This document shows positions 53,546 to 62,790 of a DNA stretch of 64,000 nucleotides, one piece after another. The translations under genes and the position numbers were made by a program. The stretch is from Bacteroidales bacterium. GTDB lineage: Bacteria; Bacteroidota; Bacteroidia; Bacteroidales; F082. Position 1 is the stretch's first letter, and every line of letters starts with the position of its first letter. The notes beneath the pieces were generated by a model. The model had not been told where the DNA came from. It saw nothing but the letters and a program-made list of their open reading frames with translations, and did no database searches. The stretch covers positions 12,503 to 76,502 of the forward strand of contig JAFYNJ010000018.1 in assembly GCA_017549805.1 (NCBI GenBank). The letters are read 5' to 3'.

Positions 53546-54526
53546 TTATTTCTTTATAAACTTATTAACAATGGTTTTTCCTTCAATTTGGATGGATATG
53601 AAATACACGCCAGAAGGAAGGCATGATACATCAACTTGATTGCCATCGGAGGCCATCACCCGTTGTCCCACCATGGAATAGACAGTGATGGATTCCACAT
53701 TGTCGGCTTGGACGGTAAGTATGTCACGCACGGGATTGGGAAACACCAACGCACTTACGGTGGAATGGTCGTTCACATTAAGATGCGCCACATCGTGAAT
53801 CACGCCAACGGCATCGAGGTCGAAGCCACTCGAGGCAAACGGGGTAGGCCACGGGTCGTTGATGACATGCCCTTGGCAATCGTATGTGGCGTATTGTGGA
53901 TCAATGCTGCCCACCACATCAATGACACGGACATGGGTCACGCTGTTTTTGTTGAGAAGCGGGTTGTCCTCCAACTCATCCAAGTCGAACGGAGTGCCAT
54001 ACATGGCGGCGTATTTGCTGGCCAGATTGTGAATCAGACTTGGATCGATGCATGCCATACCACCTAATTGCGGCTCTTGGGGCGCATTGAAATAAGCGGG
54101 AAAACGAAAGTAGTTACGTCCATCGGAACTTACCTCAACAAAGGCCAACTCAAGGAAAAACATATTGGGGTACTGGGCATTGGCGAATCCATTCTCAAAC
54201 ACGGCAAAATCGGGTCCCGGTCCATTACAAATGGGTGAGCGGAAGGTCAAAGTAGCCCTACCGCCATCGCCCAGACAGGTTACACCATAGGTTCCTTCAG
54301 GAGCACCCAGGGCATTTTCAGCAGGCCAACCGGCGCCCGCCACACCCGCGCTGGGGTTGGTGATGTTCATCGGGCCCGGTTCCACCACACACCCTGTCGC
54401 CCAGCCCACGAAAGCCGACGAGTCAGCATGCATGGCGGTGGTTCCCTCCTGCCCCGCCGGTGGCGCGAATTGCGCCACCGACAGTAACGGGAGGACAACT
54501 AAAAATATGGATAAGATTTTTCTCAT
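53546..54526 (-). CDS. Secreted protein with T9SS type A C-terminal sorting domain
   Basis: Signal MRKILSIFLVVLPLLSVAQ. CTD LVFPNPVRDILTVQ...GVYFISIQIEGKTIVNKFIKK. Confidence 0.7.
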   Translation of the reverse strand: MRKILSIFLVVLPLLSVAQFAPPAGQEGTTAMHADSSAFVGWATGCVVEPGPMNITNPSAGVAGAGWPAENALGAPEGTYGVTCLGDGGRATLTFRSPICNGPGPDFAVFENGFANAQYPNMFFLELAFVEVSSDGRNYFRFPAYFNAPQEPQLGGMACIDPSLIHNLASKYAAMYGTPFDLDELEDNPLLNKNSVTHVRVIDVVGSIDPQYATYDCQGHVINDPWPTPFASSGFDLDAVGVIHDVAHLNVNDHSTVSALVFPNPVRDILTVQADNVESITVYSMVGQRVMASDGNQVDVSCLPSGVYFISIQIEGKTIVNKFIKK

Positions 54527-55740
54527 TGCACAAAGAGCTTCACCGTCTGACGGCCAGTTGCATTGCTAACTGTCACAAAATAAACACCGGCTTGATAGCC
54601 CGCAGTCTCAATACGGATGGGCTCATTGGCCTGCTGCACGGCGAAAGTGCTGAGCACCCTGCCTTGAAGATCGACCACAGTCACCACAGCATCCTCGTTC
54701 ATGCCTTCAAGGTTCAGCATGGTGTAGGATGTAGCAGGATTTGGATAGAGAGAGAGCGTCATTTGATTCTCGTTGATATTGGTATTATTAACAACGGGCT
54801 GCACTGGAGTTTCCCAGACATAGGTCCATGGAGCAATCTCGGTAGCAATGGTATAGTCACCCCACTTCACGAAATCTCCATTAATAACAGTTTGCTCGTC
54901 GAAAGTAAGCCATGACACAGCACCGTTCAGGTTGTACATGGCGTTATAGCCTTGAAGGACATATTGGTTCCCACCATAGTTGAAGGAGAGGTCGGTAAGC
55001 ATATAGCCACCCCAGGCTGACGGTTCGTCATTAAAAGCAAAGCGTTGGTCAACCTCAGCGATAGCTTCCATCATATCTTTGATTGTGACACTTTCAGCAG
55101 AGAAGCGGTAACCCCAGGCATAGCACACATCCTCAGGATCGGCAAAGTTGACGGAAAAGACCACTTCATTCTCGCCTTCGCCAATCCAATAAAGGATTTC
55201 CGAGGGATCGATCGTGGCTTCTTCACCAAGAGCGTAAACAGGGGCGACTTCCTTTTCATAGACATAGATCCAGTTGTCAGGATCCACCATGGTGCCGCAA
55301 TGGGTATCGCCTATTTTAACATATTCACCATTGCCAACTAAAGCTTCATCAAATAAATCCCATGTGGAATTGCCATTAATCAAATAGGTAAGCCATCCTT
55401 GTTGCACCAAGCTCAAGTTGAGAACTCCGTTATCGAAATGCAAATCGTTGAGCATACTGCCGCTTGATTCATAGCTGAAACGGTAATCCGCTGCTGCGAT
55501 GTCGTCCATGATGGTTTTCAAAACGACATTTTCACCATCGAAACGGTAGCCCCATGCCAATGCCGTGTCAGGTTCCGCCCAGTTTACGATGAACACCAAT
55601 TGGCTTTGACCTTCGCCAATCCAATACTTGATTTCGGAAGGATCGATAGTGGCATCTTGTTGGGCAAAGAGGTTGGTCGTGAACAGACCGAAGATTCCCA
55701 TAAGGAATAAAAGGGTAAAGTTTTTAATACGCATACGCAT
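54523..55740 (-). CDS. Secreted protein with two internal repeats of about 150 aa and a T9SS type A C-terminal sorting domain
   Basis: Repeats begin DATIDPSEIKYWIGEGQSQLVFIVNWAEPDTALAWGYRF and EATIDPSEILYWIGEGENEVVFSVNFADPEDVCYAWGYRF. CTD LYPNPATSYTML...GVYFVTVSNATGRQTVKLFVQ. Confidence 0.7.
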   Translation of the reverse strand: MRMRIKNFTLLFLMGIFGLFTTNLFAQQDATIDPSEIKYWIGEGQSQLVFIVNWAEPDTALAWGYRFDGENVVLKTIMDDIAAADYRFSYESSGSMLNDLHFDNGVLNLSLVQQGWLTYLINGNSTWDLFDEALVGNGEYVKIGDTHCGTMVDPDNWIYVYEKEVAPVYALGEEATIDPSEILYWIGEGENEVVFSVNFADPEDVCYAWGYRFSAESVTIKDMMEAIAEVDQRFAFNDEPSAWGGYMLTDLSFNYGGNQYVLQGYNAMYNLNGAVSWLTFDEQTVINGDFVKWGDYTIATEIAPWTYVWETPVQPVVNNTNINENQMTLSLYPNPATSYTMLNLEGMNEDAVVTVVDLQGRVLSTFAVQQANEPIRIETAGYQAGVYFVTVSNATGRQTVKLFVQ

Positions 55741-55847
55741 AAGTTTTAAAGGTTAATAATTCCAATTCCTTCAAAACTCTCAAGGACAGGGGTTGGGTAC
55801 CTATAATAAATGAAGCCAGCTCTTATCCCGAAAGCCTTGTTTTCAAC

Positions 55848-55998
55848 GATACGAGGCAGGTCTTCTGACTTGGGTCTTTTCTTGCCGCCTTCCCATCGGA
55901 CGGAGGGTCCGACAGTGGCTTAGTGGCAAGCGTCCAACCGACACAGCAGCGGGAACTGTCCGGGATTCACACCCGATTCCCTATTGAGTCCTTACGGA
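55848..55998 (-). promoter_or_regulatory. Cobalamin (B12) riboswitch
   Basis: Minus strand reads AATAGGGAATCGGGTGTGAATCCCGGACAGTTCCCGCTGCTGT...GCCACTG...GGGAAGGCGGC...AGTCAGAAGACCTGCC (B12 box at 55870..55855). Confidence 0.9.
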
Positions 55999-56014
55999 CA
56001 CCACATATCGCTCG

Positions 56015-56022
56015 CAAAGGTA
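56015..56022 (-). promoter_or_regulatory. -7 promoter box (minus strand TAccTTTG) upstream of the riboswitch
   Basis: The plus strand reads CAAAGGTA, directly after the aldo/keto reductase stop and about 15 nt before the riboswitch 5' end. Confidence 0.5.
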
Positions 56023-56028
56023 AGAAAA

Positions 56029-57048
56029 TTATTTCTTATTGTTCCAAAATGTTTGGAAATCTTCATAATTTCTTCGCAGAAGATTCGGGATATCGAGGTT
56101 GTATGGGCATTTGCTCTTGCAAAGGTCGCAATGCACGCAATCCTCGATCAGCTTCATCTTCTCGGCCCATTCCTCGGTGAGGTACACGCTCAGCGGGGCA
56201 CGGCGCAAAAAGAGGCTCATGCGGTTGCAGTCGTTGATCTGTATGCCCACCGAGCAAGGCATGCAGTAGCCACAGCCACGGCAAAAATCGCCTGAGAGGC
56301 TTTTGCGCTCCTCCTCTACCTTACGCCACTTTGAAGGCGACATAACGGGCGTTACCGTCTGGTAGGAGATGAACTCGTCGAGTTCCGACTCGCGTTGGAT
56401 GCCCCAAATGGGTAGCGCATGGTCGTATTGGTCCAAAAAGGCGTAGGCCAAGGCTGAATCCGTGATCAAGCCACCCGCCAAGGCCTTCATGCAGATGAAT
56501 CCCATTCCCTTTTTGCGGGCAGCCTCCACAATGGCAGCATCGTCATCCGACGAGAGGTAGGAAAAAGGATACTGCAAGGTGTCGTAAAAGCCTTTCTCAA
56601 TGGCTTCCATTGCCACAGACTGTCGATGGTTACTGATGCCGATAAAACGCACCTTGCCTTGTCGCTGTGCCACCTTGATGGCATCGTACAAGCCCACCTT
56701 GTCGCCTGGTTTCGGGCAATAGGGCGGATTGTGGAATTGATAAATGTCGAGATAGTCCGTTTTAAGATTGGTCAGTGTAGTATGAAGGTCTTTCCAGAAA
56801 TCCTCCACCGTCGAAGCGCCCGTTTTGGAAGCAATCACGATCTTGTCACGGCATGAAGACAAGGCTTCTCCGATTTTTTCCTCACTGTCGGTATAAAAGC
56901 GCGCCGTGTCATAGAAGTCAATGCCGTTGTCGTAGGCCTTTTGAAGCAGATAAACTGCTTCTTTCATACTGACACGCTGGATAGGCAAGGCACCAAATCC
57001 ATTCTTGTTCACCTTCAATCCAGTATTCCCAATGGCTATTCTTTTCAT
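56029..57048 (-). CDS. Aldo/keto reductase with C-terminal 4Fe-4S cluster-binding domain
   Basis: N-terminal AKR barrel (GFGALPIQRV, DFYDTARFY). C-terminal CRGCGYCMPC and CVHCDLCKSKCP motifs. Confidence 0.8.
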   Translation of the reverse strand: MKRIAIGNTGLKVNKNGFGALPIQRVSMKEAVYLLQKAYDNGIDFYDTARFYTDSEEKIGEALSSCRDKIVIASKTGASTVEDFWKDLHTTLTNLKTDYLDIYQFHNPPYCPKPGDKVGLYDAIKVAQRQGKVRFIGISNHRQSVAMEAIEKGFYDTLQYPFSYLSSDDDAAIVEAARKKGMGFICMKALAGGLITDSALAYAFLDQYDHALPIWGIQRESELDEFISYQTVTPVMSPSKWRKVEEERKSLSGDFCRGCGYCMPCSVGIQINDCNRMSLFLRRAPLSVYLTEEWAEKMKLIEDCVHCDLCKSKCPYNLDIPNLLRRNYEDFQTFWNNKK

Positions 57049-57088
57049 AACTTTATATATTTGCTACAAATATAAGAAATTAAATCGT

Positions 57089-57096
57089 TACTTTTG
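57089..57096 (+). promoter_or_regulatory. -7 promoter box TActTTTG 5 nt before the aroQ ATG
   Basis: Exact TAnnTTTG match. The spacing implies a leaderless or near-leaderless mRNA. Confidence 0.45.
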
Positions 57097-57100
57097 CAAC

Positions 57101-57523
57101 ATGAAAAAAATCTTGATCATAAACGGCCCGAATCTGAACCTGCTCGGCCAACGCGAGCCCGAAATCTATGGCAACATCTCTTTTGAGTCCTTCTTCAAGG
57201 ACTTGACTGCTGAATTCCCAGAAATTCAACTGGATTATTACCAGTCGAACCACGAAGGCTACCTGATTGACAAGCTCCAAGAGGCTGACAGCCAATACGA
57301 CGGCGTAGTCATGAATCCGGGAGCCTACGCACACACCTCCATCGCCATCGCCGACTGCATTCGTGCCATCGACATTCCCGTTGTGGAGGTCCACATCTCC
57401 GACATCAACCAACGGGAACCCTACCGGCGCCATTCTTATACCGCAGAAGCCTGCGTGAAGTGCATTACCGGTAAAGGTCTGGAAGGCTATGCCTTAGGCG
57501 TGCGTGAATTGCTCGGGATCTAA
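57101..57523 (+). CDS. aroQ: Type II 3-dehydroquinate dehydratase
   Basis: ILIINGPNLNLLGQREPEIYG, SNHEG, NPGAYAHTS, EVHISDI motifs. Confidence 0.93.
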   Translation: MKKILIINGPNLNLLGQREPEIYGNISFESFFKDLTAEFPEIQLDYYQSNHEGYLIDKLQEADSQYDGVVMNPGAYAHTSIAIADCIRAIDIPVVEVHISDINQREPYRRHSYTAEACVKCITGKGLEGYALGVRELLGI

Positions 57524-58522
57524 CTCGACAAAGGTTTTCTTTCCTCTCAGGAAGTTTTCGAATACGATGTTGCGCTGGTACATCTGTCCCACCTGACGGA
57601 TCAAGATTTCTCCGCGTTTCTTGCGCAGCGAAGGGATGCGCCTGTAGAAGGCAAAATGCGCCCTGATGACCGCCCAGAAATCCTTGAGACCGCCACTGCA
57701 AAGGAACTTGAACGCCGCTACCCAATCAAGGAAAATGCGGTAGGCAATGGTCCAGAAGACTCGGTTGGATGGCAGGTTCTTGTAAAGCAGCGAAAGATTG
57801 TTCCTGAAATTCAGGTAGGTCTTGCGCGACGAACTTTTGGGCAAGGTGCCACCGCCGATATGATAGATCCTCGACTGCGGGCAGCAATATATCTTATAGC
57901 CTAAGTTCTTCATCCTCCAGCAGAAGTCGATTTCCTCCATGTGGGCAAAGAACGAGTCGTCGAGACCGTCCTTCTGCAGGTACAGGTCGGCACGGACAAA
58001 CATGCACGCGCCCGTGGCCCAGAACACCTCCATCGCCTCGTCATATTGGCCATGGTCCTCCTCCAAGTGCTGGAAAAGACGGCCGCGACAGAAAGGATAG
58101 CCGTATTTGTCAATAAACCCACCTGCAGCACCGGCATATTCGAATTTGTCTTTCTCAAAATAAGACAAGATTTTGGGCTGACAGGCGGCAATCTTCGGAT
58201 CGGAATCCATCAGCTCGATCACCGGCTCAATCCAATGCGGCGTCACCTCGATATCGGAATTCAATAGGACGAAATACTCGGCTTCAATTTGTCTCAATGC
58301 GAGGTTATAGCCAGTGGCAAAACCACCGTTGAAATCATTGACAATCAAGCGGATGTCAGGAAAACGCTCCCGCATGAAATCCACGGATCCGTCGGTGGAG
58401 GCATTGTCGGCAACCACAATATCGGCAAGCTCGCCATCGGTGTTCTCAATGACGTTGGGCAGGAATTGTTCAAGGAACTTCCTTCCGTTATAATTCAATA
58501 TGACTACCGCTACCTTTTTCAT
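57494..58522 (-). CDS. Family 2 glycosyltransferase
   Basis: VAVVILNYNGRKFL, VADNASTDGS and LNSDIEV are GT2 signatures. The start at MKKVAVV gives an ATGA overlap with the upstream stop. Confidence 0.8.
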   Translation of the reverse strand: MKKVAVVILNYNGRKFLEQFLPNVIENTDGELADIVVADNASTDGSVDFMRERFPDIRLIVNDFNGGFATGYNLALRQIEAEYFVLLNSDIEVTPHWIEPVIELMDSDPKIAACQPKILSYFEKDKFEYAGAAGGFIDKYGYPFCRGRLFQHLEEDHGQYDEAMEVFWATGACMFVRADLYLQKDGLDDSFFAHMEEIDFCWRMKNLGYKIYCCPQSRIYHIGGGTLPKSSSRKTYLNFRNNLSLLYKNLPSNRVFWTIAYRIFLDWVAAFKFLCSGGLKDFWAVIRAHFAFYRRIPSLRKKRGEILIRQVGQMYQRNIVFENFLRGKKTFVELDPEQFTHA

Positions 58523-59406
58523 GCTTGTACTTGCCTTGTATGTTTCCATCTACGATGCGACCACAGCCAATTGTCGGGATTATCCTGGATAAAACGCTCC
58601 ACATGGCGCACATATTGTTCCATGATGGCACCTTCCTCCATGGTTTGCGGATCCTCGCATATCAGGTCGAAAGTGACGCTGTAACGCCCTCTCCCCTCCC
58701 GTTTCATCTCCACAAACACCACGGCGTAGTCCAACAGTTTGGCCATCTTCTCCAAGCCATAGAACCAACAGGTGTCGCGATGCAGGAAGTCCGTCCAATA
58801 GTCGCTGGCAACACCGCGAGGCGACTGGTCGGAGACAATCAAGACGGCATTGAGCAAGTCCTTCCGCCGCACCAAACTCTTCAGCGCCGTTGAAGCCTCA
58901 ATCATCTCTTCCCGATCCAGATCAAAATTCTTTCGAAGCTTTTTCATAAAGACATCGAAATAAGGATTTTTCAACTTTTTGTAAATAGCAGATACTTTAT
59001 GATTGGAGGCCTTATGCATGAGTTTTCCATACCATTCCCAGTTTCCCGAATGCGGTATGGCTGTAAACACGCTCCTGCCCTTTTGGTAAAGCGATTGAAG
59101 CAACTCTGGATTGGCGAAGGTGACATGTTGGGACATTTCTTCGGGCTTGAGTCGCATCATCTTACATGTCTCCATAAACAAATCACAGAAGTTGCGATAA
59201 AACTGCTTCTCTATCTTCTTGATTTCCTGGGTGGTTTTCTCGGGGAACGACTTCACCAAATTGTCGCGGACCACCTTGCGGCGGTAACGGACGACATGGT
59301 ACAGTAGGAAGGCATAGATATCGGATTTCAGATACAGCAAGCTGAAGGGCGTAAGAGCAATCAAATACGCCACACACTTGACCAACCAAAATCCTATCCT
59401 TTTCAT
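58519..59406 (-). CDS. Lipid A biosynthesis (LpxL/HtrB-type) lysophospholipid acyltransferase
   Basis: HSGNWEW (HX4E) motif, N-terminal membrane anchor. Start reset to MKRIGFWL. Confidence 0.75.
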   Translation of the reverse strand: MKRIGFWLVKCVAYLIALTPFSLLYLKSDIYAFLLYHVVRYRRKVVRDNLVKSFPEKTTQEIKKIEKQFYRNFCDLFMETCKMMRLKPEEMSQHVTFANPELLQSLYQKGRSVFTAIPHSGNWEWYGKLMHKASNHKVSAIYKKLKNPYFDVFMKKLRKNFDLDREEMIEASTALKSLVRRKDLLNAVLIVSDQSPRGVASDYWTDFLHRDTCWFYGLEKMAKLLDYAVVFVEMKREGRGRYSVTFDLICEDPQTMEEGAIMEQYVRHVERFIQDNPDNWLWSHRRWKHTRQVQA

Positions 59407-59420
59407 TGAACAATCCTGTA

Positions 59421-60905
59421 TTATCTTGGGTTCCGATAGAGGTCGCCGGCACGGGTACCCCATGCACCTGGAGCTTCAGTTTGGTCGATGACATCACCCG
59501 TGTAGTCAGGTCCATAGAAGCGGGAATAGATCATCATCTGCCAACGCGGGTTGTTGACTTCACCGATGAGGTCAGAGTGAATCAAGTCATAATCGTTGGT
59601 AACCATGTCCTTCGACATGAACACACAATGCTTGTTGCGCTGGCCGGCCACTTCGTAATAATGCCAGATCTCATACGGATAGGCACCTGGCTCAAAAGGC
59701 TCTTCGCAGATTTTGTCGGGTGTGCCATATTTCAGATACACATAGCCACGATCGCTCATGTAGCCCTTCTTGGTCCTGGTTGAATAGGAAGCGTTGACCC
59801 GTTTCACCTGGTTGTAATATTCCTGCCAGGCATCCTTCGGATTGAGGGGAGCGCGCGTTGACCAGAAGGTATAGAGGAACTGCTGCATGGTCTTCAGATC
59901 ATCCGTTTTCACCAAGTTGTTGGCATAATCGCGTTCCGCTTCGGAGCAGCGCGGGTTCAAGCAACGGATGTACTCGCGGAGGGTGTCGAGGTTGTTGATG
60001 TCGGCAGCAAAAGTGTTGATAACACCAGTAGATGTCACATCCATCATGTCAACCTCGCATCCAGGATTGTAGCGTTGGAAGAACACGCTGTTGGAAGCCA
60101 TGAGGTTGTTGCTTCTGTCGCGCATTTCCACCACCAAATAATAGTTGCCGGTAGGCAGGTTCTTGATATTGATGGTATTCAACAAGATGTTCACGGAACC
60201 GACATCCATCCTCTTGATGAAATTGAAGTCCTTCATTTTCAAGGTGGACTCGTAGGATTGGATGTAGTAGTTGAGCATGTACTGTCCGCCATCCTTGTAA
60301 AACTTGTCGCTGTTATACAGTTCAGTATAGAAAGTCAGGTTGTTGACATTGGCCGCATAGAAGGCGTAAACGCGAGGCACCAGGTCGTAGCCGCTCTTCG
60401 TCAAAGCCGAAGGCTTGCTGGCCTTTTGATAGCTTTCCACCAGCAGGATGTCGGACACCGCAGGCTGGTTGGCAGGGAACTCCATCACAACCGTCTGTTC
60501 CGCCTTGAAGGGAATTTGCTTGGGGTTGTTCAGGTCCTTGATAGAGATTTCCATCGTGTATTCTCCATTGTCGAGCGCAAAGCGTTGTTCATCGATGAAA
60601 GCACCGCCGATTTTCGTTGTATCTGTTACGATGGGGCTGTCGAGGGCGATCTTGGAGTAGTTGCAAATCTTCTCACCTTGTTTAAAGATGGTCTGGATTT
60701 CCACCGTGGCCTTGAACTTTCCAGGCTCAAACTGTTTATAGACTACACTGGAGCAGTCAAAGGCAAGGGCGTTCTCGATAAACGGTTTGTCACCCGGCAC
60801 ACAGTAGGTCGTGTACGAAAGGAAAGACTGGATGGACTTTTTTTGTGCGGCAAGCGTGAATGGGAGCACCAAACACAGCACCAATAGCATAAAGGTCTTT
60901 TTCAT
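59421..60905 (-). CDS. GWxTD domain-containing protein
   Basis: Signal MKKTFMLLVLCLVLPFTLAAQ. C-terminal KKGYMSDRGYVYLKYGTPD...YPYEIWHY is typical of the GWxTD family. Confidence 0.7.
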   Translation of the reverse strand: MKKTFMLLVLCLVLPFTLAAQKKSIQSFLSYTTYCVPGDKPFIENALAFDCSSVVYKQFEPGKFKATVEIQTIFKQGEKICNYSKIALDSPIVTDTTKIGGAFIDEQRFALDNGEYTMEISIKDLNNPKQIPFKAEQTVVMEFPANQPAVSDILLVESYQKASKPSALTKSGYDLVPRVYAFYAANVNNLTFYTELYNSDKFYKDGGQYMLNYYIQSYESTLKMKDFNFIKRMDVGSVNILLNTINIKNLPTGNYYLVVEMRDRSNNLMASNSVFFQRYNPGCEVDMMDVTSTGVINTFAADINNLDTLREYIRCLNPRCSEAERDYANNLVKTDDLKTMQQFLYTFWSTRAPLNPKDAWQEYYNQVKRVNASYSTRTKKGYMSDRGYVYLKYGTPDKICEEPFEPGAYPYEIWHYYEVAGQRNKHCVFMSKDMVTNDYDLIHSDLIGEVNNPRWQMMIYSRFYGPDYTGDVIDQTEAPGAWGTRAGDLYRNPR

Positions 60906-61036
60906 GGCTAAACGTTTTTCATGGTTAATTGTGATTGTGCTGCGAAAATATTCATAGTTTGACTCCTTTGTATCAAAAAACGATTGTACTTTCTTCATTA
61001 AACTCAACAAATCTTTTATATTATATTGAATATCAA

Positions 61037-62695
61037 TTATTTATATAAATTTTTCAGATAGAGCAGCACTGTTTCCTCCAGGCCGGAACCATTGTCCATG
61101 ATCGAGAGGATGCGCTTGGTGCGCCGGTTGGCGCCACTGTAGGTGATGCCCTCCAGGACCGCAATCTCGGCATCGTTCAGCCCCATCAGTCCAAGGCAGC
61201 AATGGCGCACATCCCCCGTGGAAAGTTCGCCGAAATCTTTCAGCAGGTGAGACGAGAAATCGGGGAAGCTGCTGTTGGCGGCACGGACCACCTCAATGAA
61301 ATCCATCTCCGACAGTTTCAGTTTCGGGTAGAGGCCGACACTCTTGGTCATGATGTCCTTCCCTTTCACCGACTTGAGGATCTTGAGGGTTACAGGTGCA
61401 TTCAGGTAACGGTCCAGCGCCGAATCAAAATCGATGGAAGGTGCCTGTTGGCGCCGCTCCAGCTGTTGTTTGGTAGCATCCAGTTCCTGAGCGATGGACT
61501 GGAGCTGCTGGTCCTTGCCCTCCGTCTCCTTTCGATGGCTTTGCTCAATGTCGGAGAGTTGCTGCTCAATATGGAAGATGCGATGGCGATTACGAATGAT
61601 GATAAAAGCCATTAGGGCTATCACGGCAAGCACCAGGGCAGCGATGACGAGGACGTGTGGGGTCAAGGTGGAATGGGGCGCTGGGGGAACGGCGGCATTC
61701 TTGATGCCGTCGTAGATGAATTCGATCTCCATCTTGTCGAAGGAACGATTTGCCTCGCGGATGGAGTTCTGGACATAGAAAAGGGTATAGTAGTTCTCTT
61801 TCTCAGCGTCACCCCGTTCCCGCCAGATCTCGGCCAGTTTGGCGGCCGCGTCGATACGGGTATAGGGGCCGCCTGTCTCAAAGGAGCGACCAAGATAAAT
61901 GGCTGCTGAATCCATCTGTTGGCGTTCGAAGAAGAGGCCTCCTATGGCGTGGTCGTACCAAGCATCGCCAAAGTTCCAAAGACGATTGGCCTCTTTGAAC
62001 CTGCCCAGGGCGCACTCATAACCCTTGTTGGCAAGATAAACTTCGCCGGCGCTGCGGATGCAGGCGGCGATGCCCATGGTGTCGTTCACCTGGGTAAAAT
62101 AATACCGAGCCGAGTCGAAGGCCTGGAGTGCCGAGGTTTGGATGTTGTAGTTATAGAGGATCTCACCCAAGCGGTAATGGCAAAGGCCCTTGAAACGCGT
62201 CTGTTCAGCATCCTTGGCGTTCGGGCCGGTCCAAGCTGTTTCCAGAGCGGCCACAAAATAGTCAGCCGCATCAACATCCTGACGGTCAGCGGTGTATTGC
62301 GTCCCTCGATAATAATAGGATTTCGCAAGGAGGTAACGCAGCGTGCCATCCTTGGGGAAGCATTGGACGAGGCTGTCGAAGAATACCACCGTCGCGTTGA
62401 GCGGTTCGCTGGAAACGCCAATCCTTCCTGTCTTATACTGCGCTTCTGCCTTCAGCACACGATACTCATGGCGTTCAACCTCGTTCCAGCCAACAGGATC
62501 CGATGTCGCGGCACATTCCTCCAGCAGTTGCAAGGCCTGTTCGGGATGCGTTTCCATCAAGGTTGAGGCCTGTCGCAACTCTTGGAAATGATGCGGCGTA
62601 GCCTGCTCGTTGAAGACGGACGACTTTTGCAGGCAGGAACAAAGGAGGGTGACTATCAGCGCCATACCCAAAGTAATACGACCCAAAGACCTCAT
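61037..62695 (-). CDS. TPR-repeat protein with TM segment, coiled coil and C-terminal HTH-like domain
   Basis: TPR-like helices in the N-terminal half, TM LVIAALVLAVIALMAFIII, C-terminal LuxR-like segment (GLNDAEIAVLEGITYSGANRRTKRIL). The start is uncertain (62728 or 62695). Confidence 0.6.
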   Translation of the reverse strand: MRSLGRITLGMALIVTLLCSCLQKSSVFNEQATPHHFQELRQASTLMETHPEQALQLLEECAATSDPVGWNEVERHEYRVLKAEAQYKTGRIGVSSEPLNATVVFFDSLVQCFPKDGTLRYLLAKSYYYRGTQYTADRQDVDAADYFVAALETAWTGPNAKDAEQTRFKGLCHYRLGEILYNYNIQTSALQAFDSARYYFTQVNDTMGIAACIRSAGEVYLANKGYECALGRFKEANRLWNFGDAWYDHAIGGLFFERQQMDSAAIYLGRSFETGGPYTRIDAAAKLAEIWRERGDAEKENYYTLFYVQNSIREANRSFDKMEIEFIYDGIKNAAVPPAPHSTLTPHVLVIAALVLAVIALMAFIIIRNRHRIFHIEQQLSDIEQSHRKETEGKDQQLQSIAQELDATKQQLERRQQAPSIDFDSALDRYLNAPVTLKILKSVKGKDIMTKSVGLYPKLKLSEMDFIEVVRAANSSFPDFSSHLLKDFGELSTGDVRHCCLGLMGLNDAEIAVLEGITYSGANRRTKRILSIMDNGSGLEETVLLYLKNLYK

Positions 62696-62778
62696 AACGA
62701 ACGCACTTGGAAGGCATTGAAGATGCAAAGATAAAGAATTTTTTTTCGTCGAATCAGTTGCATGAAAGCAAAAAGTTG

Positions 62779-62786
62779 TATTTTTG
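62779..62786 (+). promoter_or_regulatory. -7 promoter box TAttTTTG upstream of the tRNA-Ser pair
   Basis: Exact TAnnTTTG match 5 nt before the tRNA 5' end. Confidence 0.55.
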
Positions 62787-62790
62787 CAGC

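Noticed and set aside
52340-55341. Plus-strand ORFs opposite the B12-operon genes (52340..53113, 53636..54067, 54460..54915, 55045..55341)
   Set aside because: They are antisense to genes with signal peptides and T9SS CTDs that sit behind a riboswitch. Their translations are featureless.
60075-62566. Plus-strand ORFs opposite the GWxTD and TPR genes (60075..60887, 61202..61615, 61919..62566)
   Set aside because: Shadow frames. The minus-strand products have signal peptides and family motifs.
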